Shown here: in pieces, positions 1-14,032 of the stretch
How the letters are laid out: every line of letters starts with the position of its first letter
Position numbering within the stretch: the stretch's first letter is position 1
Source: Mizuhopecten yessoensis
Taxonomy: Eukaryota
DNA: 64,000 bases
Direction: 5' to 3'
Assembly (NCBI RefSeq): GCF_002113885.1
Contig: NW_018407755.1
Coordinates: 333,343 to 397,342, forward strand
Position numbers and translations under genes: made by a program
Notes under the pieces: model-generated
What the model saw: the letters and a program-made list of their open reading frames with translations, nothing else
What the model was told of the DNA's origin: nothing
Databases searched by the model: none

Positions 1-160
1 GTCATGTATAACAAACAAACCATACCTACAGAGACAGACGTCATGTATAACAAACAAACCATACCTACAGAGACAGTTGTCATGTATAACAAACAAACCA
101 TACCTACAGAGACAGACGTCATGTATAACAAACAAACCATACCAACACAGACAGTTGTCA
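1..160. repeat. 39-bp minisatellite (~4 copies, truncated at window start)
   Basis: Unit gtcatgtataacaaacaaaccatacctacagagacaga(c) repeats at 1, 40, 79, 118; this explains ORF 4..309. Confidence 0.95.
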
Positions 161-1544
161 TTAATACTGTATATACTACCAGACAACTTAGTCGTAATGC
201 ATTTCAATCTTTAAAATTAAACACAATTAAACACAATTATACACAAAGTCATTTTTGTATATACAATTTAAGTAAAACAACTCAACGTCGTTGCTTATTA
301 CCAAATTAACATACAGTCACAATAAACGTCATTCATACGATGGTTAACAAACTGAAAAAACCCATCATTGGTTTGGAATTAAACTATCTTATATGGTGTC
401 CTGTCGACCTTTTAATAAATAAAAAAATATACATACCAGCAACGGAAGTCGGGAGAATCAATCCGGATTGAAGTACCGCTATCAGTGTGAATGTGGATTT
501 CATAATAAGTAAATCCATTTTCAGTTAAAGTCTTTTTCGCTCACACCTCCTTATGCCCTGTAGTCTATGTGGTCATGTACAAGTGTAGCATTGATTCCTA
601 GTATGTATATAGGCTATTATCGATGCTGTCGGAACCAATAAAACGTATCGTGTTAATTTCATTGCATGATCATCTGACACGAAGTCCGTTATGCCTGTTT
701 ACCTTTTTCCTTAAATGAACTAACTAGGTCTCAATACTTCCTCTTCCTAGCGTCATAATATTTTAGCAGTAACTATATTTGGCAATGCATTATATAGTCA
801 GTTAAAATAGATTGCCTGAATCAACTTACAACGTCGAATGAGTCAATGTGTTACATGTATACCCTTGGGATGCATAAAATCTCTACAATTTTCGTAGTTC
901 TTGTTTGGTAAGTTGTATATCAAATTTCCTAGTACATAGATAACTTCCTTGCTTCCATTGTTTTGAGTATGAAGTTCGTTCAACATCTCACAATTACAAT
1001 GTTTAGTATAAGTTAAAGAATTGTTTTATATACATGAAACGTAAAGTCGATAGATGATGCGTTAGATAAATACATACAATGTAGGAAGTGTGTAGTGAAC
1101 AAACGTGGACGATATATGATAGGTATATTATTCGTGGAATATAATTATTTACTTTATCCGTAAAAAAAAATATAAAAAAATAAGATGATATTTTACCCTA
1201 TATCCTGTAGCTTGTTGAATCATAACATCATCACGAGGAGGTCGGTAATTTGTGAAATTGACTCCGTGTTAATTTCGATTTCAAGATGATTTTTGTTTTA
1301 TTACATTATGCCTTCCATAACTAGCCGGCCGAAGGGATATACGTAAACATCAGCATATGATATAAGCAATAACTGGTTTTCCTCTTACGTAGTTTTAATT
1401 AAGTATTGTTTCCCGGTGATTGTTTATTTTTTTAATTGATAATTGTTCATATTTCTGTCTTAGTAAAGTGGTTGATATCCTCAAAAAAGACAAATTCCTT
1501 TGCCTGCGTTATCAATATAATTATTTGCTTCAGTATGATATGTG

Positions 1545-2010
1545 TGCCATAACGCTTGTGGTGTAATAACGTGATGTGTGGTATATTTACGTGACGTATA
1601 TATGGTATAACCCCGTGATAAGTGGTTTATACACGAGGCGTGTGATATAACCCCGTGTTATATGAAATTGTCACGAGACGTGTGGTATAACCACGTGATG
1701 CGCGGTATTAACACGCTTCGTGTGGTATAACCACGTGTTGTGTGGTATATAAACGAAACGTGTGGTATAACCACGTGATGTGTGGTATTTACACGAGACA
1801 TGTGGTATAATCACGTGATGTGTGGTATATAATCGAGACGTATGACATAACCACGAGACGTGTGATATAACCAGGTTACCTGTGGTTTTTACACGAGACA
1901 TGTGGTATAACCAGGTTATCTGTGGTTTTTACACGAGACATGTGGTATAACCACGTGATGTGTGGTATATAAACGAGAAGTGTGGTGTTACACATGATGT
2001 TTGATGTATA
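1545..2010. repeat. degenerate ~20-bp minisatellite
   Basis: About 20 copies of a tgtggtataaccacgtgatg-like unit with 20-bp periodicity. Confidence 0.9.
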
Positions 2011-4934
2011 TACGTCAGACGTTTTGGTATTATGTATTACACGTGTAGCTCAATAATGGTTCATTTGTTTACATATGACATATGATTTATATATTTATTA
2101 TCTGTCATCAGGCTTTCAAAACTGGATTTTCGAAAAAAATCCGTTTACATTAGTTTCATTATATTGTCTTGATTAAAAAATATTTCGTAACTCTGTCCGT
2201 AAACAACTCCTATGTTACAATCAATATTGTCCTTGTTTGAATTTATGTCTTCGTGTGAGACAGGAAATGGACTTCGATGTTGTCAAGCCTAAATGTTTTT
2301 TTCAGTATAAATTATCACTAGGGAAATAAATACTTTCTGATAAACATTTATGCAGTTCATTTCGTTCAACCCGCAATTTCCTTCCTTTTTTATCTTTTTA
2401 TAATCAGTCATTGATTTACAAAAGAACTCGTTCTCCGAACATTACTGTTAGGGGTTTGCATCATTATTAACGCTGATTTTTATTAACAGACCTTTAACTA
2501 CCTAATAATGCCTTTGACATCTGACGGTCACACTGACAAAAATGAGTTTCAAAAGATGTCAGTTTATGTAGAATAGGGACAAGTTTCATTGTAGCAATAA
2601 AGATTTCATTGGGAAATAGGCTACTTTCTAGTGTGATGTGATAGCCAATGTTTGTGATAATGTTCGTAAATGTGTCTTGTTGTTTTGTTGTTACTACCAT
2701 TGTCATCCAAATAAAGAAATGAAATTACTTGGATTTGACCTAAATTTACACAACGGATATTGTCGATCAAACATAAGACGCTTACCCTTCCGGAACGCAT
2801 GGTCTTATTTTATTATCCCAGTACTTCATTAAGAGTTTCTGTGTATTTTTTTTTATTTGTTCATAGTTTGCCCTTGTTTTAGCGATTATGAGTACGAAAT
2901 ATAGTTTCGGTGACACTCGATAATCTTCGGAGTTTTTGTTCACTCTTTTCTTGATAAATCTAACGCCAACATATTTTGACGACCTTTTACCGACACACGT
3001 GCTTTTATTATTTTTCACTTGACTTATAAACTGTGTAATATTAAGATTAATATAATACTTGGCCTTGTGATATCTCCAAATAACATTAATTTGATGCAAA
3101 TCTTGTAGTATCGGGAAAATTAATTGCAGTCCAGTTTGATATAACAAGCCGCTTGCATATATAAGATTTTACTCCTTTAATTTCAAAAGAGCATCGAATA
3201 CAAAACACCTACGTGATTCCCTGTTTTATTAACATGCATGTAGAAAATAGATTTATCTATATTTTTGCCGGTATCATTTATTTACAATTACTCAAACATT
3301 TTGATTATTGCAAAAATGTATCCCATTTATCATATCATAACCGTTTTCTGACATCAGTGTCAAATTGCATTTGAAAACAAATAGATATCAGTAAAAAAAA
3401 ATCTGTACATTTTCCATCACACTCTTCAGTATATAAACCTGTTGCATTATGCTGTTACTGGAGAATTAAAATAAATGAAATGGATTGCAGTAATCAAGGA
3501 TAACGCTATATGAATAAGTTGATTAAAGGATTTTCAATCATCCAATACCGCGTATATATTAGCCGATTTATTCTAAAGATGTTTTAAATTGCTTGCCGCC
3601 ACGTGTCAACACGACCAAACTTCCATTTTTTCTTACGATAGTTTGCATATATTTGCCAATACCACTTAATAGTCAGTCGAGATTGGCATTTGATAATGCT
3701 GTCGCTAACACACCGTACTATAGAAATTGTGCTTATGATATAAACCTAATTGTTTAGCACTTCCCAACATGCGACTATGACAACAGCCGTAGCAATGCGT
3801 AAAGTAGCTTTTATAATTTTAGAGTTTCGTTTTGAAATGTTATGTGGATCAATATGAAACAAAAGGCGTGTTATAGGATTTAATATATCAAAACACGAAT
3901 CAAAACGATATTAACTAAAAAATGTATAAAATAAAATCAGCTGATAATGAAGATGCTGAAATTAGGCTCTAGAATGCTACAAGTATATTTCTAGAATCTG
4001 TAGAGATCGATAAACTGTGTAGTTATATTTGATAGCTCTCATGGTAATTGTTCAGTTAACAGCAATTAATGTACCTTGGGAAGTTTCTAGTAGGTTAAAC
4101 ATTGGTTTCCTTTGTTATCTAATTGCTGTTCATACAGTAGCAACGTTCCAATTTTTAGCTCAAAACTACACGGTCAGAACTTACATAAAACCTATTGTAC
4201 AAACATAGACCTCACGAAGAGTCGTTATGCTTTATCAAAAACATTAGCTTGTTTTTCAATACATTAGGTTTATCAAAATGTCATAATGATATATGAATGA
4301 AGTCGTGGATGCTTTTGTGACAACCCAAACATATCATGATTATGGATTAGACATTACAATTGAGTGATTTATAATTATAATTGGAGGTTCTAATATACCG
4401 CTTTATTACAACCTAGTTCGTAGGTCGTCTCAAAGCGGTTCACAAATTATCATCCGTGGTTATAGGGCCTTTGCAATCAGCCAACATCTTTCTCAACTCC
4501 CTTGGGAGCATACAGCCGATATCACACAATGCCACATCATTGAAAATGGGTCACGTTTTCCTTCACGAGGACAGTACCTTCTAACTAAAACATCAATTTT
4601 TCTTAAAAGAAGTGGGTATCAACAACAAATTGAATTTAAAGAAACGTCAGATCACTTCGCCATGAGACGATGGCTTTGTAAAATATTTGTTTTTGACCTT
4701 TTAAGTAAGAATATGTTGTTAGACTGTTTTTTATACTTGCCACACTTATATTACGACTTTCAAGTATCATCATACACAAATGTAATCTGCATACGGTAGT
4801 ATAATATCGACCGATTCAAAATATTCGGACTACCGTCAGGGTTTATAATAGCTGACAACATCCACAACAAAGTGTATGTATAAGAGAAGTAGATAAGACA
4901 ACATAAGAACACTGAAACTGTAATTTATACCAGC

Positions 4935-5197
4935 AATCGATAAAGCTATGAGATAAAAAGGATCAAAGGGAACCTCTCCACATATATACTCTTGACAAGA
5001 ATAACGAGAATAAGACCAGGAGTCCCGGAAAGACAAGCGTCGTCCGCATCATAGACGACAGTCTCAAATCGATAAAACTATGATATAAAAAGGATCAAAG
5101 AGAACCTCTTCACATAGATACTCTTGACAAGAATAACGAGAATAAGACCAGGAGTTCCGGAAAGACAAGCGTCGTCCGCTTCATAGACGACAGTCTC
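4935..5197. repeat. 132-bp tandem duplication of a dispersed repeat fragment
   Basis: Near-identical copies start at 4935 and 5067. The core gaataagaccaggagtYccggaaagacaagcgtcgtccgc resembles 61602..61678 and a segment of each 2.2-kb unit. Confidence 0.9.
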
Positions 5198-5880
5198 ATG
5201 TAAGTTAAGGTCAATCTAAGTAATGTCACGCCATCATAGCTGTAAATATTGTACATTTTATCATACATTGTATCTTGACCATATGTAAGATGAGCTTCAT
5301 GCTCAATAGGTTATCAAGAATAAAGAAAGCCTTTATTATTATTAATATTATTATATATTATTATTATTTGTCGTAGCGACTATTATAGCAATGATCAGTG
5401 ATGAGCATAAAAATACCGACCTTCAAATTACTTATATAAATATATTTCCTAATGAAGTCATGATGGTGACCATAACATTTGTAAACAGTCTTCATTTACC
5501 TGCAGATTTGAATACTTTTTTTGTAAAGATAGAGGTCTAAGGTGGTTGGGGCGGTGGAGGAGGGGGTTGGAAGATCACGTTTGCCTCCTCTGTGTCGCAA
5601 AGACAAAGGCAGAAAGGAAACAATACGATTCCGCAATATATACCATATTTGTCTTACAGCACTTCAATTGATTCATATCGCCCCTTAACCTTACAAGGGG
5701 ACAACAATGGACGAAGACTATTGATCCTGTTTAGTATATGTGACAGTTGTTTTTTCCTTTCTGCGCAAACAATGAACAAGAGGATGAGCATAGCGACAGA
5801 TGCAGCTCTTCATACCACACTTCAGTTTACTTTATATGATATACTAGTTTGGTGTAGTCTATCATTCTCTGCTTTATGGC

Positions 5881-8800
5881 ATGGCTAGTTTATCACGACC
5901 AGGTACGTATCCCAGTTCTTTATCAATTACATTGTATGTTAATTTGTATGATTTTTTAGATATTCTAGTTAACAGATAATTATTGTCTGTATATGCAAGA
6001 AAGCCTTTCTCTAGGTAAGAGACTGTCACGGTGAAATATTATCACAAAAGAATATTTCCCTGAGGATAGGGGTGTATTATCAGAGAACACTCAAGATTTA
6101 CCGACATTCCAACCAAAGGGTTTCAATTACAACATACCTTTTCTTTATCTTAATCCAAGATATTAATTATTATATTTCTTGTCTACCTTACGATCAAAAC
6201 GAAAATAATATATTCATAAAAAGAATAGAACACTATTTTTCTTCTAGCATTTTTCAACACTGTTGCTATAGTGAGTAAGAAAAAAAACGATTCGAAAGAA
6301 ATTTTTCAGCATCGATAATTACAGGGATATATTTGCTTCTTGTGAACTCGAAAACTATGTATCTCATGTGGCTTTTTACTTTTTTCTTTGGTTATTACGT
6401 CAGAATGTAGCCAACTACATTTTTTACTTTTCTATATGTTATTTCCATTGGTGGTAAGCATACCATCATACAATGGGTTACTGTATACTTTATTTATCTA
6501 TATTTTTCCTCTATCAGGAAAAATCTTTTTGATTAATGATATCTTTACTTCTGCAAAAACGGTAACTATAATCTTTTGCCAACGTGAATATGTATCACTT
6601 TAACAAATCATTGGCGAGCAGAAAACCATACCTTGCTCAACGTTAACGTTAAAGTATACATCTACATAGCATAAATATACTATAGTTACACAGCAGATAT
6701 CAATCAATTATGAAAAGTTCTTTTTACACAACCAATAAGATTGTATTTTTGACCAAGTATTAAACAAAGCGTAACTGAATTGAGTCATTTCGGAACATAT
6801 ATAACAACTATTGTACATACGCTTCTGCGAAGCCGAATCGACCTCGATTTTGTGGACACTCGTACACATTTTACACCTTTGAGTGTGCATACGCTTCACT
6901 GGTCATTTGTCTGATGAAGGTGACAGTGTACATATCGTATTAGTCATCGAAACGTCACAGAGAAAATATTATTGGTTGTGTAAAAAGAACTTTTCATAAT
7001 CCGTACTTACCAACCTGAAGAAAATGATTAGAGATATCAATTAAATTATATCAAATATTGGTAAAACAGTTATGAAACAGTATCCCGGGGAATTTTCACT
7101 CATTCAAATTTTCGCCCTTCGCCGTTCAAATCGATATTTGCCAAATGTTAATTTCGCCCATCATAATGAATTACTTTATGTAATATTGTTAATAAATATT
7201 CGCTGTAATGATAAATTCGCCCTTTTTATGGGGAGGAAAAAGGCGAAACTTAACATGCAGCAATGTCACACACAGTTGTATAAATAAATTTACCTAAACT
7301 ATCACAGATATTAGTTCAGTAAGCAATTGATCGGAACAAATGTTATATGAATGCTTGCTATATTTAATCTTACATTGTCTTTTTACAACATGGAATGAAC
7401 GAAGTAGTCAAACGGAAAGTACTGCATTTGATTACAAAGTTCGTTAAGTTACAATTTAAATGTCGTGTTCAAAGGGAATAGTGACCTAATGTTTCTTAAA
7501 AGACTTCATCGGGGAAATGTATTGAAATATTGACATAACTGTGACCACGTCTTGTCCAATGAAAATGCAGACCCTAACAAATTTATAATTATCGATGTCA
7601 TTGTGTGATCATAAACAGTCATAGCCAAATGCATAAATGTATGCATCCCGTAAAACGCATGCACAAGCTGTCTACATATTTGAAGCAATTGGGTGTGGAT
7701 TCCACATGGTTTTACATAGCAATTGACGTGATATTTTACGTCGTAATATTGCTGAAAGCACCAGGTATCACCAGACACTTTAATCCTTCGTGGCAACACT
7801 TGGTTCATTTCATAATATTGCTGAAAGCACCAGGTATCACCAGACACTTCAATCCTTCGTGGCAACACTTGGTTCATTGTCCACACGACACTATCATGCG
7901 TTTTACAAAGCGGCGGCAAAATTGAAAGACGTTGTAAGCGACATATGTTAACCGCTTTGTGTGTCACGGACCACGCACGTGTTTCAGGTTTAAGATAAGG
8001 AAGGTCACTTACGACTATCAGATCCAAACAGTTGCTACTTCTATTGCCTATAGTAGTTTACCTGCCGAATCGGAGGTGGTGTCTTCCTTGTCTTCTAATT
8101 AGGAGACAATGGAGAAATCAAGAATATACCTGTTGCAGGCGGTGGTCTCCCCAGTCCTCTGTCCTCATTTGACCCTGGCGGTTGCGAGGACGTTGGACCC
8201 AAAACAAACAAACAAACACGTTTGTGAAATACATTGATAAATAAGAAAAACAGAAATAAATTTGCCAAGACAATTTCTTACATTCCATTTCTAATTCTAA
8301 TTAGTGTATCGCATCTTTGTGTCAAATGAATGCAGATTATGTTGTTTTAAAGACGTACATTGTGTTAGATGATTGAACACATTGGCAAAAGTACCGGGAA
8401 TTAAATTATCAAAACAGAATTCAATTATTATTATTATACCAATACAACTACCAATTGAAAATTCACCATATAGCTAATGATTCAGGCATGAAAATAAAAA
8501 TGTTAAAATATAAGATCACTCTTTATACAAAAGGGAACTTATGAGAAATCTGAGAGTACAGTCCAGAAAATAATTATCCCAAATATATTTTCATATCAAC
8601 AATTTCTTCGAAATAGACACAATAATGTCATGATGCAGTGTACATTATTTTTTTATTTATTTTTTTATTTCTGCGTAGTTTAATCACTAGTGTTTAAAAT
8701 AAAGATCTACCACAAAGGTTGCCATGTGTGTAAAACGACTCTTCGTTAGATATTTTATAAAAAAAGAAAATCTTTAACCATACTTTCAAAAATATTGTTT

Positions 8801-11800
8801 TTTTTATTTCGCTTTGCTTTGTTAATACGTGTTTTGTTAATTCACATTAAATCCAATCTTTTGCACACAAAAAAAGACTCTGCAGAGCGAACTGATTTTT
8901 ATATTTGTATTTCTTGTCTTGTTGTGTCTTGCTTTTAAATGTGTTGATTTCATGTTAAGGATCCCTGTAACCACCGCTGGAAAAACAAAAAAAGAACTCC
9001 ACTGTAGTGTTCGTGCAAACTATAACGCCCCTTTTTAATTTCGTTTTGAATATTGTTCCGTGTTCAAAACACGAAAGAACATGAAAGCTGTGACGGAGAG
9101 AGAAACACTTGTATCAGTGAGCAATTTGTATTCATTCATTAGTACTCAACACGAACTTGTATCAAAGTACATGAAGTGAACCAATATTACTATAAAACAA
9201 GTAATTTCGGTACCTCAAGCGAACCGTAGTCATAAAAATAATAACTGGGGCGGGGGCTGTTTACTACTTAGCTCCGTTGGTTAGAGTGATAGTTCGAGAC
9301 TGAGATCCATGATTTGAATCCCTATCTGTTTCGTTGCAAATTTTTGCACACAGAATGACAATGTCTTTATTTATATATTGAGTTTTTTTTATTCCGCTTT
9401 CATTTTTTTCATAACATTTCTTCTCAACGTAAGCATGACTCATTTAACAAAGCAATAATTATGCCGTTAAATCACATCTTCTTTTTACCACTTGAAGGCA
9501 TTGGTTCGGGATCCTTAAAATTTGACAAATAGATATATTCATTCATCAATAATATAAAATCCTATTAATTACGTTTATCTTCATTACAGGATGGAGATTA
9601 TTGCATGTCGTGTTCTGCAGTCTCATGACTGTTAGTATAATATCTGTAATAGGGTTTATCGTGACATCACAAATGACATTAAAATACAATGTCAAGATGC
9701 CTGACATCAACCTGTTTCGATACGTCGTTGATACAAAGAAGGATGAGTTGTCTTCGAGTCAACTTGAAGGGACGAGCACGATCACCATAGAGACGAAAAA
9801 TGTCACCTCTACGACAAAATCAACTATTCGGAGATTTCAGTCTCAAATGGATGCAGGTTTGGTATTTTGGTATTAGGAGCTTAATAATGTTAAGTGTTTG
9901 TTTCGAAGTAACATTAATATCCATGAGAAAGACTCGAATTTTTAAATATCTCGCTTATCTTGAAGCCAGTTTGTCATGGCTTCAACGGCTTCAACAAAAA
10001 GAGTTTCGATTGCTTTTAGTTAAATGTTTCATGTTTCAGGTATGAATGAATATCAACGTTTTTTTTCAAAACGTTTGCTTACGTTGTCTTTGCAGAACTA
10101 ATGTTTATATTTATTTTTAAAAAAATAGCAATATCAAGAGACATTCGTTAATTTTGATTGTTTAATTGTAGTTGGACGTTAAGATATAACCATTATTTGT
10201 CTACTAAACTTAATATTGAGATATAAGTGGCTACCAGTATAGTGTATTAATAGATCTACCTGTATATGTTATGTTCTTTGTAGATGATGACGATGTTGCT
10301 AGTCGTTTGAAGAAGGAAGTACGTGTGTTGTGCTGGATAATGACATGCCCTGCAAATCTTAAGTATAAGACTGTTTCCGTAAAACGCACGTGGGCCACGC
10401 GATGTAACGTGGTTGTATACATCAGCTCAACTACGGACACCAGCTTCCCGACCGTGGGGCTCAACGTCTCCGAGGGACGGGATCATCTTACGGAAAAAAG
10501 TATGCAAGCGTTTAAGTACGTGTACGACAAACATTTCAATGACGCTGATTGGTTCTTAAAAGCTGATGACGACACTTACGTTATACTAGAAAACCTTCGT
10601 TATTTACTGAAGTCACATTCGCATGAGGAACCTGTTTACTTCGGACATCATTTCAGGGCTCAAGTAAAGCAGGGTTACCACAGTGGAGGGGCGGGGTACG
10701 TCTTGAGTAAAGAAGCCCTACGAAGGCTGGCTCTGAAAGGAAACGATACGAATTTGTGCCATAAATCTGGTCTAGACGAAGACGTAGAGATTGGTCGATG
10801 TATGGAGAATATTGGAGTCAAAATTGGAAACTCAACGGACGCCTTAGGGCGAACCCGGTTCCATTGCTTCTATCCGTCAATGCATTTATCCGGATTATAC
10901 CCTTCCTGGTATTCCCGATACGACACACATGGAGGAAAAAAGAAGGTGGGTATGTCGATAAAAACATTTCAGTTCTTTATGTGATGAATGTTATGTTAAA
11001 TGTTAGCGGATTGATGTAATCATAAGCAGCAGATGTGCACAAGTCATAAGCAGCCAGAAACGTAGAAAACCTAAATTAATTCACAAATATGTATACATAG
11101 ATGCTATTTCATTTTTCCTGATGAACTCTATATATTTCATGAGTATGACGGAATACTGATATTTTTCACGAGTGAGAAGTACGAATTAATATCTCTATAT
11201 TCTGCCATAAAAGTGAAATATATATGGTATTCAGCGGAAAAAACTATTGATTCTTCCATTTATTACATTCTTTAAAGTACAAAAAAGTGCGGGATTAAGT
11301 AGGGCAATATATGACGTCAAGTTATAATGACGTCACGCTTTACAACAAGGCTTTGTGCCATTTTGAATGGGCTGCTCAAAACAATTATATCGTTTTCTGT
11401 CCTTGTTTCGGTAGGATTTGCCCACAAAAAATATCAATTACGTAAGTATGTTAATAACTTTGTGTATGTACCAAAGACGTATAACAATAAGCACTTATTC
11501 CACCGTCGTTTATCTGTAATTGAAAAGAAAATTTGCGACATGAAATAGACAATACCATTTTGATTGGTCAATATTAAATCGATACTGGACCTTATATCGT
11601 TACATATGAAAATAAAAACATTTCGTATTTCTATTTTTTCAAGTTTTTATCATCCTATTTATTTTTTGATATTTCACTAGCACATGTGTTATAAATAGTC
11701 ATTGAACTGATTTTTTTTAATTTTCATGCTGGTATGCACGTTAATCGGTTACATCCATATTGAACATGAAGCCCGCTATTTATAGTCCATATATTTACAT

Positions 11801-14032
11801 TTTAACAATAGAACAGTTGTTTCATTTCATTTATTTGTTCTCAAAGAATTTATCTATTTACTGCGTTTGTATATGCGTCGTCCTATTTAACTAAAATTGG
11901 CGCCAATAATCAACCGTAGTCATGTGAGCGTGTGACGCATGGACATTTTCCGTTTTATTCGAAGCAAAGCGACAAGACTCTCATTAAACATGGTTAATCA
12001 ATGACGTCATATGTAAACCACGTGTTACGTCACGAGAGTGTTTGCTTTCATACTCAAATGAAATGCATTTCTGCTAGGAATGTTAATATTGTGGGTTGCA
12101 GCGCAAAATTTGATGTAAATATACAACTATAAATCTAATACAAATTATACACATGTGTAACAGCTGTGTAATCAAGAAATTACCTACAATGTACCGAGAG
12201 AGATCAAGAAAAAATAGTGAAAATACTCACTAAAATACAAAAACAAAAATTACCTATTTCAAAAAAAACATTTTTTAATTTGTCCGTGCATAAAAAAAAC
12301 ACATATAAGTAAAAATATTATTGCAATAAATCGCCATTTTGTCTATCTACCATCCATGCTTATATTATGTAAACATAACACAGAAACAAAATTCTTATTC
12401 ATATAATAGTCAATTCACAATAAAATATACTTTTTTGATATCATTCGAAATGTATATACATGTATATACAGATATGGTCATCGAAGTAATTTCAGTGGTA
12501 AATTCCGGTACGTATAACTTAAAATTGGTTAATGGGCCAAGGAAGTGATTCCAACAGTGTAGACAATAGGAGGTTATCAAACTTTCGGAGCAATCAACCC
12601 TTTATCGAGACACCGTGTTTTTCTTTGTCTCGATAATTGAGCGGATTGCTCCGAAAATTGTACAACCTCATATTGTCTACACTGTATGATATTTGCTAAA
12701 TCTTCGGAGCAATCCGTTCGATTATCGAGACACCGTATTTTTCTTTGTCTCGATAATGGAGCACATATATCCAAATAGTTGGCAAACTCATACTTGCCTA
12801 TATATATATGTGTGTGTCACTAGGAGGTAGTGATCGACTTTGTTGCTCATTGAAAAAGAAAACTTACTGAAATTAAGATACACTGTAGATATCCCAAAAT
12901 AATAGTCATCAATGTATTTCACCTATCTCAATTCTAAATTAATAAGAAGGAACTAAAGTTACATACACTGTCTAAGCATTTATTAGGAAATTTAAATATT
13001 CGAGGCAACTTATTAGGGGTGCTCTGCAGCGTCCAAGTTTTCCTTTGGTGTTCTCTGCTAAGCAGACATAGTAATCTTAATTACTATTGATGATGTCGAA
13101 CACTTAATTAAGGAATGCCACATCCGTTTCAGGAAAGGGATGCAATACTGGAAACTGCTGTTGATATTTTAAATGTATACTATTATCTCATTTTCTCATA
13201 TAAATGAGTGACAAAGAGCGAAGTGAAGTATTTCTGGCACTATAAGCTTATCACATATTCAGTGGGCAGAAATGATGAAGTCTATCGCAAAATTGATCCC
13301 GAAAATGTACTCAGTAATGCATGAACTTACAAAATAACTGCTAAAAAATAGCAGTTCAAGATCAGAAAATAAAGAAGCCATATTTTCACATAATTTTATC
13401 AAATGTTCCATGTAAAAAAATAATTATATGATGTAAAGGTTCAATTCTTACAATTCCATACAAATGGGTTTATATCAAATATCAATTAGTATGTATGTAA
13501 TGCACCAGATAGTCACAATTAGCGATATGAATGTATGACACTGATTTCTAATTAATGATTTACTATTTCTAAAACTTAATTTTAAAATCAAATCACATAA
13601 ACCATTATGTAATTAATGCAATGTTGCATTAGAGTTATCAAGTTAAAAACATGTATTCAAATTAAATTCATAAGAACATGCCTCCTACAGGTTGTCCAGG
13701 GATCGTTTTTGAATAGATATACATGCCAAATCAATGCATCATATGTTGGTTCAAATGCAGATTTCTATCAATGCCTAATGCGTTATCAGTGATTTTTTGT
13801 TAATGGTGATGAATGCAACAGCAATATATAACATGCTTATTTAAATGCGAATTGCTATTGATGTTAGATGTATTACCAGTGATCTTTTGTTTTGTTTCAG
13901 GGACGTGAGAGTATCAGTGAACACGCCATTTCCTTTCATTATATCACACCCACGGAGATGTATTATCTGGATTTTTTAATTTATCACATACTGCCGTATG
14001 GTATATCTTCCGTTGACAAGCATCTCAACTAA
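5881..14032 (+). CDS. C1GALT1: core 1 beta-1,3-galactosyltransferase (T-synthase)-like, GT31; 4 coding exons, ~360 aa
   Basis: Exons 5881..5902 (MASLSRP, least certain), 9590..9856 (type II TM anchor + stem), 10284..10945 and 13901..14032 (TAA). All introns are GT-AG with matching phases; total 1083 nt. Motifs: VRVLCWIMT, TWATRCN, WFLKADDDTY (DxD), SGGAGYVLSKEAL, EDVEIGRC, AISFHY. Confidence 0.9.
6906..6961 (+). ncRNA. minimal type I hammerhead ribozyme motif (Penelope-like terminal-repeat type)
   Basis: tttgt-CTGATGA-a-ggtgac..gtcatc-GAAA-CG-TC/acaga: intact core, 5-bp stem I, 6-bp stem II, predicted cleavage after C6956. Confidence 0.75.
7078..7250. mobile_element. MITE family with ATACCGGGAAA(T)TTTCGCC-type ends (degenerate copy)
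   Basis: Shares internal ttcgccc repeats and ends with the copies at 18792..19150, 42503..42690 and 43120..43281. Confidence 0.6.
7744..7878. repeat. 69-bp tandem duplication
   Basis: taatattgctgaaagcaccaggtatcaccagacactt..ttggttcatt at 7744 and 7813. Confidence 0.9.
8060..8218 (+). mobile_element. SINE 3' portion with (AAAC)n tail
   Basis: Ends gaccctggcggttgcgaggacgttgg followed by an aaac repeat; similar 3' ends at ~42910 and ~63810. Confidence 0.5.
12584..12763. repeat. 120-bp-period imperfect direct repeat
   Basis: ttcggagcaatc..ttatcgagacaccgt..ttttctttgtctcgataat at 12584 and 12704. Confidence 0.8.

Noticed and set aside
7506-8027. 173-aa and 106-aa overlapping ORFs
   Set aside because: Intronic, no recognisable domain, and lengthened by a 69-bp duplication.
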